Notes: generated by a model not told the origin, from the letters alone. 63,815 bases of DNA, filler included, from Hyphochytrium catenoides (GCA_900088475.1; 10 parts of 10 records of this genome joined end to end with filler, not necessarily neighbours in it), one strand, 5' to 3'. Positions 1-13,226 are shown, counted from the whole stretch's first letter. Numbers and translations: made by a program.

Positions 1-1440
1 ACTGGCTTTGTGTTGGTGATACCCGTCGGTCTCCCCACCTCTCTCCGGCTGCAGTCGTTCCCTCCATAGTCACTCACCCATGGGTGGGAACCCCCACTCC
101 GACCTGGAGGGCGACAACCCTCTGTTCTTCTTCCAATATAAAGCCAGTAATGCGTTTCTGGGCCCTCCTCCTGTGTCCCCCTGCCAACCCCACAATACGC
201 CTCCCTCGCTTTTTTTATTCTACACAAAGTAAACAAATTTTATTTCTTCTTAGATAAAAAAGCCTTCTCTCTGTATAGACGGCATGCTCTGTGATAAACC
301 TGTCTTTCAATAAATCTCACACACAATGACCATCTTCTTTCCGAGAAAGCTTTATTTGGAAAAAAAGGCAGTGACAAACATGATATCATTATTATATAAA
401 AAGCCGAAATAAGCTTCGGTGGGGTCTTCCGGTCCTATTCTCAGGTAACTGTACAGTTTCTATTAGTTTTGGTTCCCTGACCCTTTACGCACAACCCATA
501 AAATTTTAGTCCACAAGGAGAAAATGTCGCGGCCATCGCAACAGCCTCGTCCTCCTCCCAACAAGCTCTCTTCCTTCATCTGGAGACAGATTCTCAGGTT
601 GCAGGCAGAAGGAGAAGAGATCTCGACCCATTGTCGTCCCATTGTTTGGCTGACTGGCTGAGAGTTGAGACCAAACAAAGAAGGCGGCTGCTGCTGTGTG
701 ATCATCAGCTCTTAAGGGAGAAGATAGCTTGATGATGGAAGGTGCGGTGCGTAAGCGTCTTCTTACTGCCACCATCGTCTGCTTCCTCTTCTCTCCTCTT
801 AGCTTGCCGGACAGGAGGTAGTACAGACAGGCTGGCTGGCTGTGAGGAGGGTAGCCTGATGAGTCGCCAGTGCTGGTTGAAGAAGGAGGTGGCTGAAGAA
901 GAAGAAGACCTTTAATAATGCTTAGGAGGTTAGGGCTTCTTCCTAGGCTTTTTTTAAAATATATGTTCCCGTTCTAATATGATGAATGGAGAGCTCTGTC
1001 GTTCGTCGGCTGTTGTCTTCCATCATTCATCATCAACCTAAGTAACCTCCTTCCCTACTTCTTAACTATCATCCACTGAAAAGACGACGAGAGCCCAAGG
1101 TGCCGCCTCCTCAGCGCGTTATTATACTACCTCGCGGGTGATGAGGCGAGCAAGAGTGATTAGCGGTAAAAAGAATATAATAGTAGAGAAAGCGGTCGTC
1201 AGTGACTCGCCAGCATTTATGGGTCCGATAAGCAGCCAACAGGAGTGAGAAGATATACTTGAGCGCGTAGGTTGCCAGGCAGATTCAGTCGTCAGGCTCC
1301 CCGTACATAGACATAAGGGCTACGTAGACCTCCGCGCACCGCATCGCACATCACACTACTGGACTGAAGCACTTCTCACGGCAGCAATGCTTAATGGAGC
1401 TTCATCGTCACGGCAACAATTGAACCACCGGGTGATCACA

Positions 1441-3048
1441 ATGCAGTTGTGGATCAAGCTGCTCCTATCCATCTTCTGTTTCAGTCACAAAGCCGGACCT
1501 GGACTGCCCTTACCTATATCCATTCCTCTACGCTCAAGAGCATCAATCGATGGAGCCATTAGTCGAACATCCATCAGAGGCCCAGGCAACGATAATCGAC
1601 TATCTGTCGCTCCTCCATGGAGGTTGCGATCTTTTAATGCTCTAGAGCAGCAACTCGCGGCTGGAGGAGGTCCGAGCTCCGTCCCTCTCGACTCTGACCC
1701 ATTTGGTCTCATCTTAGTGGGCGAGATTGGCGTTGGTGGCACGTCATTCCCTCTCCTCATGGACACCGGCTCCTCCGACATTTGGCTCAATGGGACGCGA
1801 GAAGATACGGAGCTCTCCAAGAAGGTCTTCTCAAGTTATGGTAAGGACTGCTGTGCGTCAGGGAAATGCTGCGGCAGTGACAGTTGTTCCGCCATGGACC
1901 GGAAGCATCATACCTTGGCCACCTGCGGTTTTCATATTGAGTATGTCTCTGGGGCTGCGAGCGGGACGTTAGGAGTTGCTTCTGCAGTGTTTGGACAGCA
2001 GAATATCGGAGATATCCAGCTCGGCCTTGGCACCCTGGAGGACCCTCAACTCCGTGAGGTTATACCCGGCATCTTAGGTCTGGGCTTCCCGATCTTGGCT
2101 TCTTTTACAAAGCCCACGTTGGTCGATGTACTGTCAGAGTTCACCTTCAAGCTCACAGGCGAGAAGGCTCTACTTCTCGGTCATGTCAACACCGCAGGGC
2201 CTGGCAACTCGTCCGCGAGTGGCAGCAGCGGTGTAAGCCTTCCATCGACACTCCAATGGCTGGACGTTGCCCTCAAGCCAGTAACAACCACGGTCGGTGT
2301 CGTGAACGCCTGGTGGAGCGTTACACTGTCTAAGGTCAAGACTAAGGCTGCCGGTCAGAGTGAAGACGAAGTGGTTGTCCCTGAGATTGCCAATCGCCCC
2401 GTCATTTTCGACTCAGGAACATCCTTAGTTGTTATTCCTCCTAACGACCTCAACATACTAATCTCCTCAATACTTCCCAAGGACTCGACTAGCCCTTGCA
2501 AGAAAATCTCATGTGGATCGGCAAGTGCGACCAATATGTACGGCTGCACCTCTCTGGACAACCTTCGGAAACTTACTCTCTTCTTTGGCGATGGCAATGC
2601 TAGCCTCTCTGTCACTCCGGAGCAGTACTCGCTGCGCCATGCCTGTCCCGAGATGACTTATACTCTAGTCTTTGCAGCCTTGGACGGAAAAGAAGAAGAT
2701 GATGTCCATGGGTGGCTGGTGGGCATGGGGTTCTTAAAGAACTTTCCATATATCAAGCATGATGCCGCCGCCCGCACCATATCGTTTGCTATTGACCCGG
2801 AGGCCGCTCGTGGCGCAACGAAGGAGGGTAACAGCAGCACTGGCAATAGTAAGGCCCCTTCATCAGCTACTGATGATGATGAGCCATTGAAAAGCAATAC
2901 TGACGGAGGAGTTAACCTTGCTTTAGTGATAGCTGTTGCCGTGTCCGGGAGCATCATTGTAGGACTAGCGATAGCGGGTGGTGTCTGGTGGTGGGCAATG
3001 CGTAGAGAGAGGATGACAGGAGAAGTGCCACTCAATTGTGAAAGCTAA
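1441..3048 (+). CDS. Pepsin-family (A1) aspartic protease with signal peptide and C-terminal transmembrane anchor; intronless
   Basis: Both catalytic motifs are present (LLMDTGSSDIW, VIFDSGTSL), plus flap Tyr (IEYVSGAASG), GILGLGF and WLVGMGFL. Met 1441 begins a signal-like MQLWIKLLLSIFCF (the ORF opens at 1387). TM helix LALVIAVAVSGSIIVGLAIAGGVWWW. Confidence 0.92.
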   Translation: MQLWIKLLLSIFCFSHKAGPGLPLPISIPLRSRASIDGAISRTSIRGPGNDNRLSVAPPWRLRSFNALEQQLAAGGGPSSVPLDSDPFGLILVGEIGVGGTSFPLLMDTGSSDIWLNGTREDTELSKKVFSSYGKDCCASGKCCGSDSCSAMDRKHHTLATCGFHIEYVSGAASGTLGVASAVFGQQNIGDIQLGLGTLEDPQLREVIPGILGLGFPILASFTKPTLVDVLSEFTFKLTGEKALLLGHVNTAGPGNSSASGSSGVSLPSTLQWLDVALKPVTTTVGVVNAWWSVTLSKVKTKAAGQSEDEVVVPEIANRPVIFDSGTSLVVIPPNDLNILISSILPKDSTSPCKKISCGSASATNMYGCTSLDNLRKLTLFFGDGNASLSVTPEQYSLRHACPEMTYTLVFAALDGKEEDDVHGWLVGMGFLKNFPYIKHDAAARTISFAIDPEAARGATKEGNSSTGNSKAPSSATDDDEPLKSNTDGGVNLALVIAVAVSGSIIVGLAIAGGVWWWAMRRERMTGEVPLNCES

Positions 3049-4485
3049 TCCAATAAGGGTTGCGACGTATCACGTTGGCTTGTTGCGCGCTTTCTCATCA
3101 TGACTAGGTACAGATAACAGGCAAAGTCAAATCAGATTGTAGCGCCTCAGAGCTTCATGGGTCCAAGCTTAGCTTCAGCCACGGCGTAAAGTTCAGTCAC
3201 GCCGCCACGTTATCGATAGTGCTCATTAGTGTAGGCTGTGCCAAAATCTTCAAAGAGCATGGTAGTGACATTATTGGCACGGACTCGATAAAGCCACATT
3301 CTGCTCAGATCAAGGAGTTTCGAGTATCGGATCCTTTGACGCGATCACGACTCAAGGTCACCTATCCTTCACACTGCTACCGCCTTCCAGCGATCTCCCT
3401 CGTTAACGTAACTACCAGTCCATCATCATCAGGGCTGGAGCTGTTAGGTAGAGAGACCCGGGACCACGGCTGTGCCACGACATTCATCAACACACGTTCC
3501 AAATCCTTCTCCATAATACCTCTCCTCCTGGTGAAAGCAAATAGAGCTCAAGCTGTCTGTCTTAATATATGGATCATGCTCGTCCGTAGCGCTGCGTAGA
3601 GTATGAAGCCAGATAGATCGGACCCCGCGAGACGCTCTCGCTGTTTGGTGTCGGAGCCACTTCTTGCGGCCGGCGGTACATCGTCGCTTGGGGTTATTGC
3701 CGCCAGGATATCCTCTCCATCATAGTCAAAAGCAAATCTTCTGGACTGAAAAGCGCAACATAAGCAGGCAGTCCCGGAGCTCTTCGTCGGCCCAAACTTC
3801 TGATCGCTCAGCACTCACCTCGTAAGCCTAGCTCCATAACATAGGAACATAACATAGGAACGGCTTCCATAGGTCCTCCCTGTCGCACCAGATTTGCTGC
3901 CAGTGGAGTCTAGGCTCCATACCTCACGGCTACTACTGCCCAGCACCCTGCGTCCCCTAACCTGTCATGCTGCTATCTCTCTACATATGAAAGCAAGCAA
4001 CCAGTGGGCGATCAAGCAAAGAAATATTCCAACCAGTTGAGAAGCCAGACCTGACTGACTATCCTTGAGGATCTACTTATACGTTAGCATTCTCCCCGCC
4101 CAGCGGCACAGCGTGTCCCGGTCAAGGCTTCTCTTCCTCTTTGCACGCCCTCCCATCAGCAAGCAACAGCTCTTTCAATCCTCCGCCTCTGCCTAGCTAC
4201 TCTGGGAAATCTCTCCAGACGGTTGTCAGTTTGCCAGCTCTCTCTCTCTCTGATCCGGTCTCTCTAGCCACCCTTGACCGACTTCCCTACTCTTTGCCTT
4301 GCTTATTATCGCCTCTAATATTATACACTCTCCTGGCTAAGCGCCCAGCTACTATCTACCTTTAATCTCTCGCCACAGGTCCTGCGTACAGCTCAAGATG
4401 TCACGTCTATGCCAGGCTTCCCGATCTCAAATATGGGTAGGGACTGGAATGGCTATCCTTGTTATTATCTTAGAGTTCCCCTTCA

Positions 4486-7400
4486 CTAGGAGTGTCGACG
4501 ATTCTTCAAAATGCTCTTGGTTCCACTATGTGAGCCCTCTCTCTCCTTGTCTTTGTTACTGACACGCGTGGAGGAAGATGAAGAGAAGTCTATTGACTTA
4601 AAGTCTCCCGCCCCTGCTATCTCCTTTGAGTTTGTCTCCCTTAGCCACACAGGCAGATCCTCCTTCTTCCCGCTGACCTCTGCGCTAGGAGCAGATGAAG
4701 GGGGAGCAGGGAAGGGCTCAGCCTCCAGAGTCTTTCCTTCAGCGTTAGGAGCTGAAGAGGTCCGCATGGCACTGATTCGTCTCACATGAGACGCCGTGCT
4801 CATATTCATCTCGTCCTGCTGAACGCTGGATCTCTTCCTCCTCGGAGAAGAGGAAGCGGAGGGGTTTATCTCTCCAGCCGTTATAGAAGAGCCCCGCTCT
4901 CTCAAATCTAAGGCAGACAGCCGTTCAGAGAGCTGTGGCATCAGCCTCACAACCAGAGGAATCAGCACCATCCTAATGCTCTGGTCCGTCCCAGCCAAGA
5001 AGCTACTAACAGCATCTGGACCGGTCATCTCACAGGCCACTGCAGTCACATCGGTAGCCAGTTTGGAGATGAGGGGAGACACATGCCGAAGAGCGTGTGC
5101 TACGAACCCGAGAACAGTGTCCAGGGCCAGAGACGAACCGGAAATTGGCAGAGAAAACTCCCCAATTAGGGCTAAAATCAGTTGCAATCTGGCGCTTAGC
5201 TGCTGAGCGACAGCAGAATACTTTCGAATGGCAGCCTTCTCTTCGGTCGTTAATCTGCCCAAAGGCTGGGACGGAGAGGGGGAGAGAGGAGGCTTCTCTG
5301 AGAAGTCCAAGGGGGAGAGAAGACACCTCGCAACAGTGTTTAGCGCTACTTCGTGTTGCCGCGAGAGACGAAGAAGGACGTCATAGCATGCGCGTCGCAA
5401 GCGAACACTTTCATCCCCTGTTCTCTCTACTATGGTCTTTACCATAGAAGAGAGAATCATTCGACTCTCCCAGCTCTCCCAGGGAAACGCGACGGTAGGA
5501 GAGAGGGCGCTGTTCTGACTATCCACTGCTTGGAGGAGGTCAATGGCCGCCAGGCGCACTCTTGGGCTGTCGTCCATGAGGACCTGGAGGTCCAAGGAAA
5601 CGGCGGAAAGACAGTGGTACAAGGAAAAAGAGAGAGAGAGGAAGAGAGAGACGCGCAGACGAACAGAGAGGAGAGGAAATGGGTGAAAGGGATATTGGTA
5701 AGAGAGAGCCATCAGGTCAACCTTGTAACAGGCCAGTGGAGGATGGCATACATATACAAAGCCAGACAGCTGTATGAGATAGGAGCAAAAGTACTTCCGT
5801 ACTAAAACACGTTGAAGAAAGGACAGAAGCAGCAAAGCTTGAACCTTAACGACAAGGATTGCTACAGCCTCAACTTGCAAGCAACTCCAGAAGCTGGCGA
5901 ACCCGATTTATGGTGCATGAAAGAAATAGCAAGCCGACATGGAGGGAGAGAGACCCACAGAGGAACAAGGTACTCGAGGAAGTACATGCTCAGAGGCGCC
6001 GAAGGAGAGAGATGCCAAAGGCATGTCAAAAACGACGAGACCAGAAGAATGTCTTTACCTGCTTTACAAGCAAACAACAAAGCTCCCATGCTTTGCCATC
6101 GGTGTTTCGTACAGGAGGTGCGTTGCCCATTCCTGCTATCCGCTCGGCTGCCCTCCACAGCCCCTCTCGCCGCTGTTGCCAGGAGGAGGAGAGAAGAAGA
6201 GACGTATCTTCTTCTCCTAGAAACATGACCAGGCGTGCACGGTCTAGGCTTTGAATCTTGGAAGCGCCAGAATTGGACTTGCGACTGCCATGAAGGAGGA
6301 ACAGAATCATATGACTAGGGGTCAGCTAACACTAAAATGGGAAGCAACCGAAAGGATTCGGTGAAGGCAGTGCCGGAGTCACAGTCAGAGCCAATAGCAC
6401 ATGATATGAAGAGAAGAGAGGCATAGAACGGAGTGCGCAGGAGAAGGATGAATGGAATGAGGATATACATACCGCTCCTCTTTTGTTGGTGAACTAACTC
6501 CTACGTTAATGTGAAGTGTAGCATCCCTCAGCGCAGCTTGAGTGGATGGTTTAAGGTCTCTCACAGCCTCCTGAAGATCAAATGGCTGACCATCCTCCCC
6601 ATAACCAGTGAAGAGACCTCCCTGAGGGATTATATCAGTACGATGAGGAGACCTTTGACTCACAATGTCTCTGGTGAGTCAGATGTAGGGAGAGTTCGAG
6701 TACAAAGTGAGTAAGAGGAACATACAAAGAAAGGCGATAGAGAGGTCCTCCGCGCACAATGGCAGAGAATGTCTGAGTCCCCTCATGCCCTTAGGTAATA
6801 AAGCCATTTGCAGCGCTTAAGGAATGAAAGAGAGAGAAGTTTCTGCCGCGAAGTGTAAGATGACGGCTAGTGGCTGCTGAGGCACAAATCCTGACAAAAA
6901 ATGATGTTGACTCCGTCTACCTGTGTCTTCTCATAGATTTTCGCATAAGTCGCAACCGCGGCATTCCTTACATCCACATGCTTGTGGTCCAGACAAGGGA
7001 TTACCAGACCCATGATCGCAGACAGAGAGAGACGCATCGACGGGTGTGCTGGTAGCAGAGGGAACGTAAGGGACTAGGAACTCTCCATCTCTCCTCCATG
7101 ATGCCGTGTAACATTCTCCGCCCCTTCTCCAACCCACTGCTACCTTGTTCCCCGCTTGCCCCTCTTTTGTTTCTCACTGTAACCTTCCCGTCCTCACCTG
7201 CCGCTGTTGAACGAGAAGGGCCAAATTGTTCAATCAGCTTTCCTAGAAGGGAGAGACGAGAGACAGTGCCAGCTGCGCTTTGTTGCAGCTGCTCGTCATT
7301 AACGTTAAGAACAGCGTTCGCTATGTTGGAGGCTCCTATATCCGGGGATAGGGCAAGGGAGAGTAGTGCTTTCTCACTATCTTCTCTTAGCCTCTGCTTT

Positions 7401-10400
7401 GAGTCAGATAGCTTGCTGGCAATGTGAGAGAGCAGAGAAGAGAGTGCTCCTCTGTAAAGAAACTCTCTACCCCCCTGTGCAATTGTCGGGAGATACTCCT
7501 GGACAATCGCTTGCAGGAGAAGGAGGGAGGACTGATAAACTCTTAGGACGACATCCCCTAGTCCCCTTTCAACGACTTCTGCCGCCACTGTGACAACCTT
7601 AGGCTCTCCGGCTTTCAAGGCAGAGATGGAGAACTGCGTCGGGAGAGAAACCCCTCTAGCGGTAAACACAAGGCCAGCCTGAATCTGCACATGAAGAAAA
7701 GAATGTTGAGATATAGGCGGGCAGGAAAGATAGGGGAGAGAGAACGCCATTGACAGAGAACGTAGGAGACCGCGGACAAATAAGATAAGACTTGTGCTGG
7801 AGAGTCTTGGCAGCTTGTATCGTTTTTGACAGAGCAGAGAGATGATAAGTCATTCAAGAAAAAGAGAAAGAGATACAGAGTCAGAGGAAGAGAGGGATAA
7901 GGTTTTAAAACTCGGGCAAGAGGAGGTGGAAAGTGGGAGAGGGGGAATTATACCTCTCGAATCGCGCTCTCTCTGACAGACCAGTTCTTATCCATCAGAC
8001 AGCGCGCGATAGGATCGCCAAATACTTCCATAATATTTTTGCCTTCTGCCATCTGAGAGGCGGTCAAAGGGTTCGCATACGGCAGCGGCTCTAGCTTCGA
8101 AAGCTGGCCAACGTCTACGTATCACTGATGTCAGCATAACCAGGAAAAGAGTCTAGAACTTAAGGTGAACCTACCGAATGTGCTGTCCTCAGAGTTCTGA
8201 GAGACGTCCGCCAGGGCTGGGCGGTGCTTGGTCGTAGAGGCTGTGGTGGGACGAGAACAGGTGCCTGCAGGTCCAAGTTGCAGAGTGAAGGAGACAGTCG
8301 TTAGGGGTCGCTAGGGCTCGGCCAGGCGAGCTGAAACCAGAGATCAGTACACCATGGGAGTGATTAAACAAAGGCCAAAGTGAACGGAACAGAGGGCGGA
8401 CTGACCAGGTCGAGACCCAGTTTTGGGCCTCATGCCTGTCCCTGGACGCTCTTCAGGAGCCCCTCCGCCCATTCTCATAGACGTTCCAGGCCTTGTTGCG
8501 GTGCCCGGTCGCATGGAGGTGCCAGGCCTAGCCGCGGTACCAGGTCGGGTGGCCGTGCCTGGTCGAACTTCTGCGAAGTCAAAGTCCTCGAGCTCTTCTC
8601 CGAGCGCTGCTGGCTCGACAATGCCTGCCTCCTAGACCGATCATATGAGAAGACCAGAGAGAGAAAGAAAGATTGAGAGAGTATGACCCCAGTGAGAGCA
8701 AGAGAGAGAGAGGGAGATATCGTGAGCGAGAGAGTTAGAAGTGAAACATCGAACAGCAAAGAAGGGAGACAAAATGTTAAGACAGCTATTTTATAGAGCG
8801 CAAGGCAAGGTGATGAACTCAAAGATGTTGAGAAAGAGAGAGTAACTAGAAACGGAGGAGATTCTACACCAAAGGAAGGCCAGCCGAGAAAGCTTAAGCG
8901 TAATAAAAATCATGGGAGGGAGATTACTTACAATGAGCCGAGCAAGGATTCTCTTTCGCTTCTCAGTCTTGAGGTTATCTACGTACTTCATCGCTGGAGC
9001 TCGGCATAGCTGAGAGATGCCGCAAAGAGCAGGGTAGGAAAAGGGATCAAGACACGTTACGTGAGCGGGGCGGATAGGGGAATGAAGAAGAGCGAGACAG
9101 ACAGATAAAACAAGAGAGAGGAAAAGGAGGAGCGTGACCAGCATTCCCAAAACGTGGAGAGATTCTCATAGCAGCGGAGCAAGCCATCGTCATGTCCCCA
9201 ACCCAACATTTGGTGTTCGCGCCAGCGGTCCGTCCACTGCCCGACCATAGACAGCGAGCGAGCGAGCAAAAAGGACCGACATAAGGGAGTCTCTTACGAC
9301 GGACCTTGAAAATCTCTCCGCACAGCTCTGCGGCTACTTTCCTTACTGCGCTGTCTTTGTGCTCAAAGAGAGGAATTGCCATGTCTAGCACTGGGATAAG
9401 AGGAAGCTTGAGGAAAGACTTGGAAGACGAGGAGTGAGAAGGTGAGGAGCTCCTCTCTCTATCTTCAACGCCAAACTCTGTCACCAGCTTCACAAGTACC
9501 CCAAGCCTAAGCACCGGAAATATTAGTGGTAGGAAGATGTATGAAATCGCAGGGCCAAGGGCGAGAAGAGTTGGACTCGAAAGAAGGTAACTCTAAACAG
9601 GAGCCAGAAGCGAATGAAAACGGACGGGATAGAGCTAAGGAGATAGCTGAGGACAAAGGTTTATGCTGCAGCAAAGAGAGGGAAGATCAGGGGGACTCTA
9701 ACTTGTTAACCGAGACTTCTTTCAGATGAAGAAGGAACCCGATGCCACTCAAAGGACCAGAAGGGAGATAAATAGGCTAGCGCGTCATTATAAAGCACAA
9801 ATATTAGGGACATGCGAAGGGAAGAAATGGCTTCGGCATAAGTAAGAGGTAGAACCAAGACCGATTATCAGAGAGGACGAAGCGCCTCCTTACCTTGTCG
9901 CGATCAAGATGCTGCCATCCCCTGGCGTGGAGGCTTTACAAAGGGCGTTAAAGAGAAAGTAAGGACCGAACGGCGCGGGTTGCCGGGCAAGAAAAAGAAG
10001 CGCGTCCTCTGTGACAGTCCGAGTCTTTGGCTTAGTGTCGCCAAGTCTAATCAATAGTTGAATGGACAGAAATCAGAATCATTTTGGCGGCTTAAAGGTA
10101 TATATACAGCGGGAGACTGAAAAAGAGAGAAAGTGATGGGAACAGTATAACCAAGCAACGAATGAACTGATGTAAGGGGAAGAACGGATGAGAGCAAGAG
10201 AACAGCGAAGCTCTGAAGCACCGGTATGTTCTGGCGGTGTGTTCTTAGAAGAGAGAAGTCACTTCAAAAGACATGCTGGTCGTCGGCATCCCCAAAGCAC
10301 GAGGGAGCAAATAGTAAATAGACGATGATACGGAGGAGCATGTGTTTCAAGGAAGAAGGAGAAACATATATGAATGCCATCCCGTCGGTATTCAAATGGC

Positions 10401-13226
10401 AGAAGGAAGAGGACGAAAAGGAATATTCTTACCTCTTGCTAATAAGCGGCATGAGCTCCGCTACCGGAGCCGCTAAGGATTCCATGGGTCCTGCTACCGC
10501 CTTCCCACTCATCCCTGACCTAGCGGTGCGAGAGCCGCGGGGAGAAGTCTGTTCACTCCCCTTGAGCGAAAGAACAGCTTGTTGCAGCAAGGAAAGCCCT
10601 GCCGTAAACTGAGACAGAGAGAGAGCATACTGGTCAGCCTGGCAATGCTGGAACATCTATGGATATGGAAAGTGGCCTGAGAAAGTAACCTTATAGAGAA
10701 GAACTTCTATCCTTAACCTTTTTGGAGTAGGCACGCCAAGCAAGTACTGGACACCATAGACTTGCGGAGAAATGACAAGAAGAAACTAGACGGGATTGAA
10801 AATGTGAAGGGCTTGTTCCTCTTACCACGTGGATCACCCTGTCCGCCATGGCAACTCTCAGCGCACTGACTACGGCTTCTGTCACTTCTCTCTCACGGCC
10901 AGCAAGCTGGAAAGCCTCTCCACCCTTGGCGGCAGGGGCATCACTCCTCGGAGCGGTACCTTGTCTAATGAGAGTCTCCATTCTCTGCAGCGCCACCTCT
11001 CGAGGGCTCCACGTGTGTGAGAAGATGCATCGAGCCAAGGGCTCTCCAAATACAGAGATAATGGCCGCCGCTGCCTTCTTGTTTGCCTCTGTGTCCACCG
11101 CGCGAAGTCAGGAAGAAGTAGTATGAGCAATAGTATGAGGTGGTAGCAACTCAAGGACAAAGCAGAACCGGAATGGAAACAAGGGTAAGCAACAGAGAGG
11201 AGGAAATGAGCTGTTGATAGGCATCGCAAACGTTGAGAACAAGATAGAAGAACCAAGGTACCTGTAAGCGGCTCTGCATAGGGCAGTTCCGCAGTGTCCT
11301 CCTCCTTAGTAGCTGTGGGTTCAGGATTCCTGGTGCTTTCTTCTTCCTCTTTCCTAAGTTCTGAGTCTAAGTGAAGCAGGTCTCCGCCATTTTGCTTGTC
11401 GCTGCTGAGCTCTGAGAGGAGGCGGACGCGGATGTTCTTCATCATCACCGGCTTGATGAATGCAAGCTCTGCAGCCATTATCCGGTCCACTTCGGCGATC
11501 AGCTGCTCGCGACTGAAGTCCGTCTTTCCCTCTGTGGCAAGTATCGGGTAACGAGAGTGAAATGGTGAGCGGGAAGATCAGCGGTAATATTAAAGAGAAA
11601 GCGCCACGGTTCGGAGGAGAGAAGAGAAAGAGAAGATTATCTATGAAGGCAAGACGATGGAGAGCTTAAGACATTCTCAGTCGCAGAACGCGAGGGGAGA
11701 AAGAGAGAGAAAGAGACAAAGAGATACTGAAGAGAAATAGAGGACTGACTACTACATCTTACCAAGGATCTTGGCCGAGATTGCGGACGTCAAGATATCA
11801 GCAGCATGGTCTCTGATCTTGTTATTTGCATTGTCAACCACTGGCTTCGTGACAGACAGAGCTTCCTCATAGCTCAGCCCGTGTTTGCTGTGGAGCTTGA
11901 ACTCTCTAATGAGATAGTTCAGCACTCGGAGACGGACAGCGAGGGGACGCCAGTTGGCTCCCGTCCCACTACTGCTCTCTATGGCTTTCTTCATGCTCTT
12001 GAATATGGCAGAGGCGATGGGTCTTTTGTGTCATTGAAGAGAAGATAGAAGAGGAACGATGTGTGTGAGAAAGAGTGAAAGACAGTGAGAAAGAGGAAGA
12101 GAGAGGCGCGGAGAGAAAGAAGAGAGAGAAGAGGTTAAGAGTACAAGACAGAAAAAAAGAGAAAGTGAAAGAAGATGGAAGAGAGAGGGGAGAGAGAGGG
12201 AAAGAAAGATAGAGACAATAGAGACTGGCCGAGAGAGTCAGTTAGCAGGAAAACTGGTTGAGAGGACCGTGCTTGAGCGGCCTTAAAAGATCCATCCATA
12301 CCTGGGCCCGACCGTAGATGAGCGAGAGAGAAAAAGCAGTCCGTTGACAGCGTCATTGACAATTCTCTCTTGTGCCTCTCCTCCGCGCCGCAACAGTGCC
12401 TCAATAACACTCTCTAGTTCTGGGCTGGGCTCTCCTTTCTGCCAGGAAGCTTCAAGATCGATGTCAGCGGGGGTAAGGGAGGAGAGAAGGTGCGTCAAGC
12501 GAAAAAGAAAAACTTCGCCAAGAGAATGTGTGTGTGAGAGAGAGAGAGAGACAGCGAAAGAGAAAGAATACGCTAGTGACAATCTTCAGAGGCCACCCTA
12601 GAGAGCGAGAGACTTTAGAAGCGCAGGGATGAAGTTGCGGAGGTCTAACGTCACCGGTTGACAGAGGATAGAGAGAGACACACACAGTGTGGCAGATAGA
12701 GAGAGAGAGAGAGAGAGTTGGCGCGAGGGAGAGAGAGAGGGAGGAGAGGACGAGCGAGGTGAACGATAAGCTGTTAGGTAATCTGCCTACCAGAAAGCTG
12801 GGAGAGATTCAGGTGCTTCCCGCTGAAGGTCGCTCTAAGTAGCGGGACCGTGCGATGAAAGACCTGCGTCACCTTGTCTCCCATCGCCGCCACCAGCAAA
12901 TGGCAATAAGCTTCAAACTTAGTCTTCAAATTCAGAGCTCCATTGAGCTGAGGAAGCAGCGCCTCTGCTTGTGCTAGTGCCGCCTCTCTATTCTTCCAGT
13001 CTCGAGAGCCAAAGAGCCCCATAATCTGGGGTCCAAGCACACTGAGGAGCAGCTGCGGAGCTTTCTTCGCAATGGCCTCAAAATCTTCGGGCGGACCTTG
13101 TGGCGCATCCTCAGTGCCAATGCGGTCTCCGACCCCGGAGAGCACGCCACCATGCTCGGTCTTTGGCTTTTGGAGCTCTGCTTGCTCAGGCATCTCGCCA
13201 CGCAGCGCAGCGGGGGAGACTTCCAT
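4486..13226 (-). CDS. Large multi-exon HEAT/TOG protein with four CEP104-like TOG domains
   Basis: Four HEAT-A motifs: LFGSRDWKNREAAL (~13000), CIFSHTWSPREVAL (~11010), CLMDKNWSVRESAI (~7985), LLSSSWQQRREGL (~6180). Also LPYAEPL/LPYANPL leaders, GDKVTQVF/ADRVIHV/GDVVLRVY, LGDTKPKTR/LSDSKQRLR/TGDESVRLR and WRPLAVRL. Exons are flanked by GT-AG. The frame stays open upstream of 13226, so the start is uncertain. Confidence 0.8.

Noticed and set aside
3110-3960. Minus-strand frame with several in-frame stops as evidence of an alternative genetic code
   Set aside because: The stops are mixed TGA and TAG, no homology is recognisable, and conserved genes in the window end normally at TAA, TAG or TGA.
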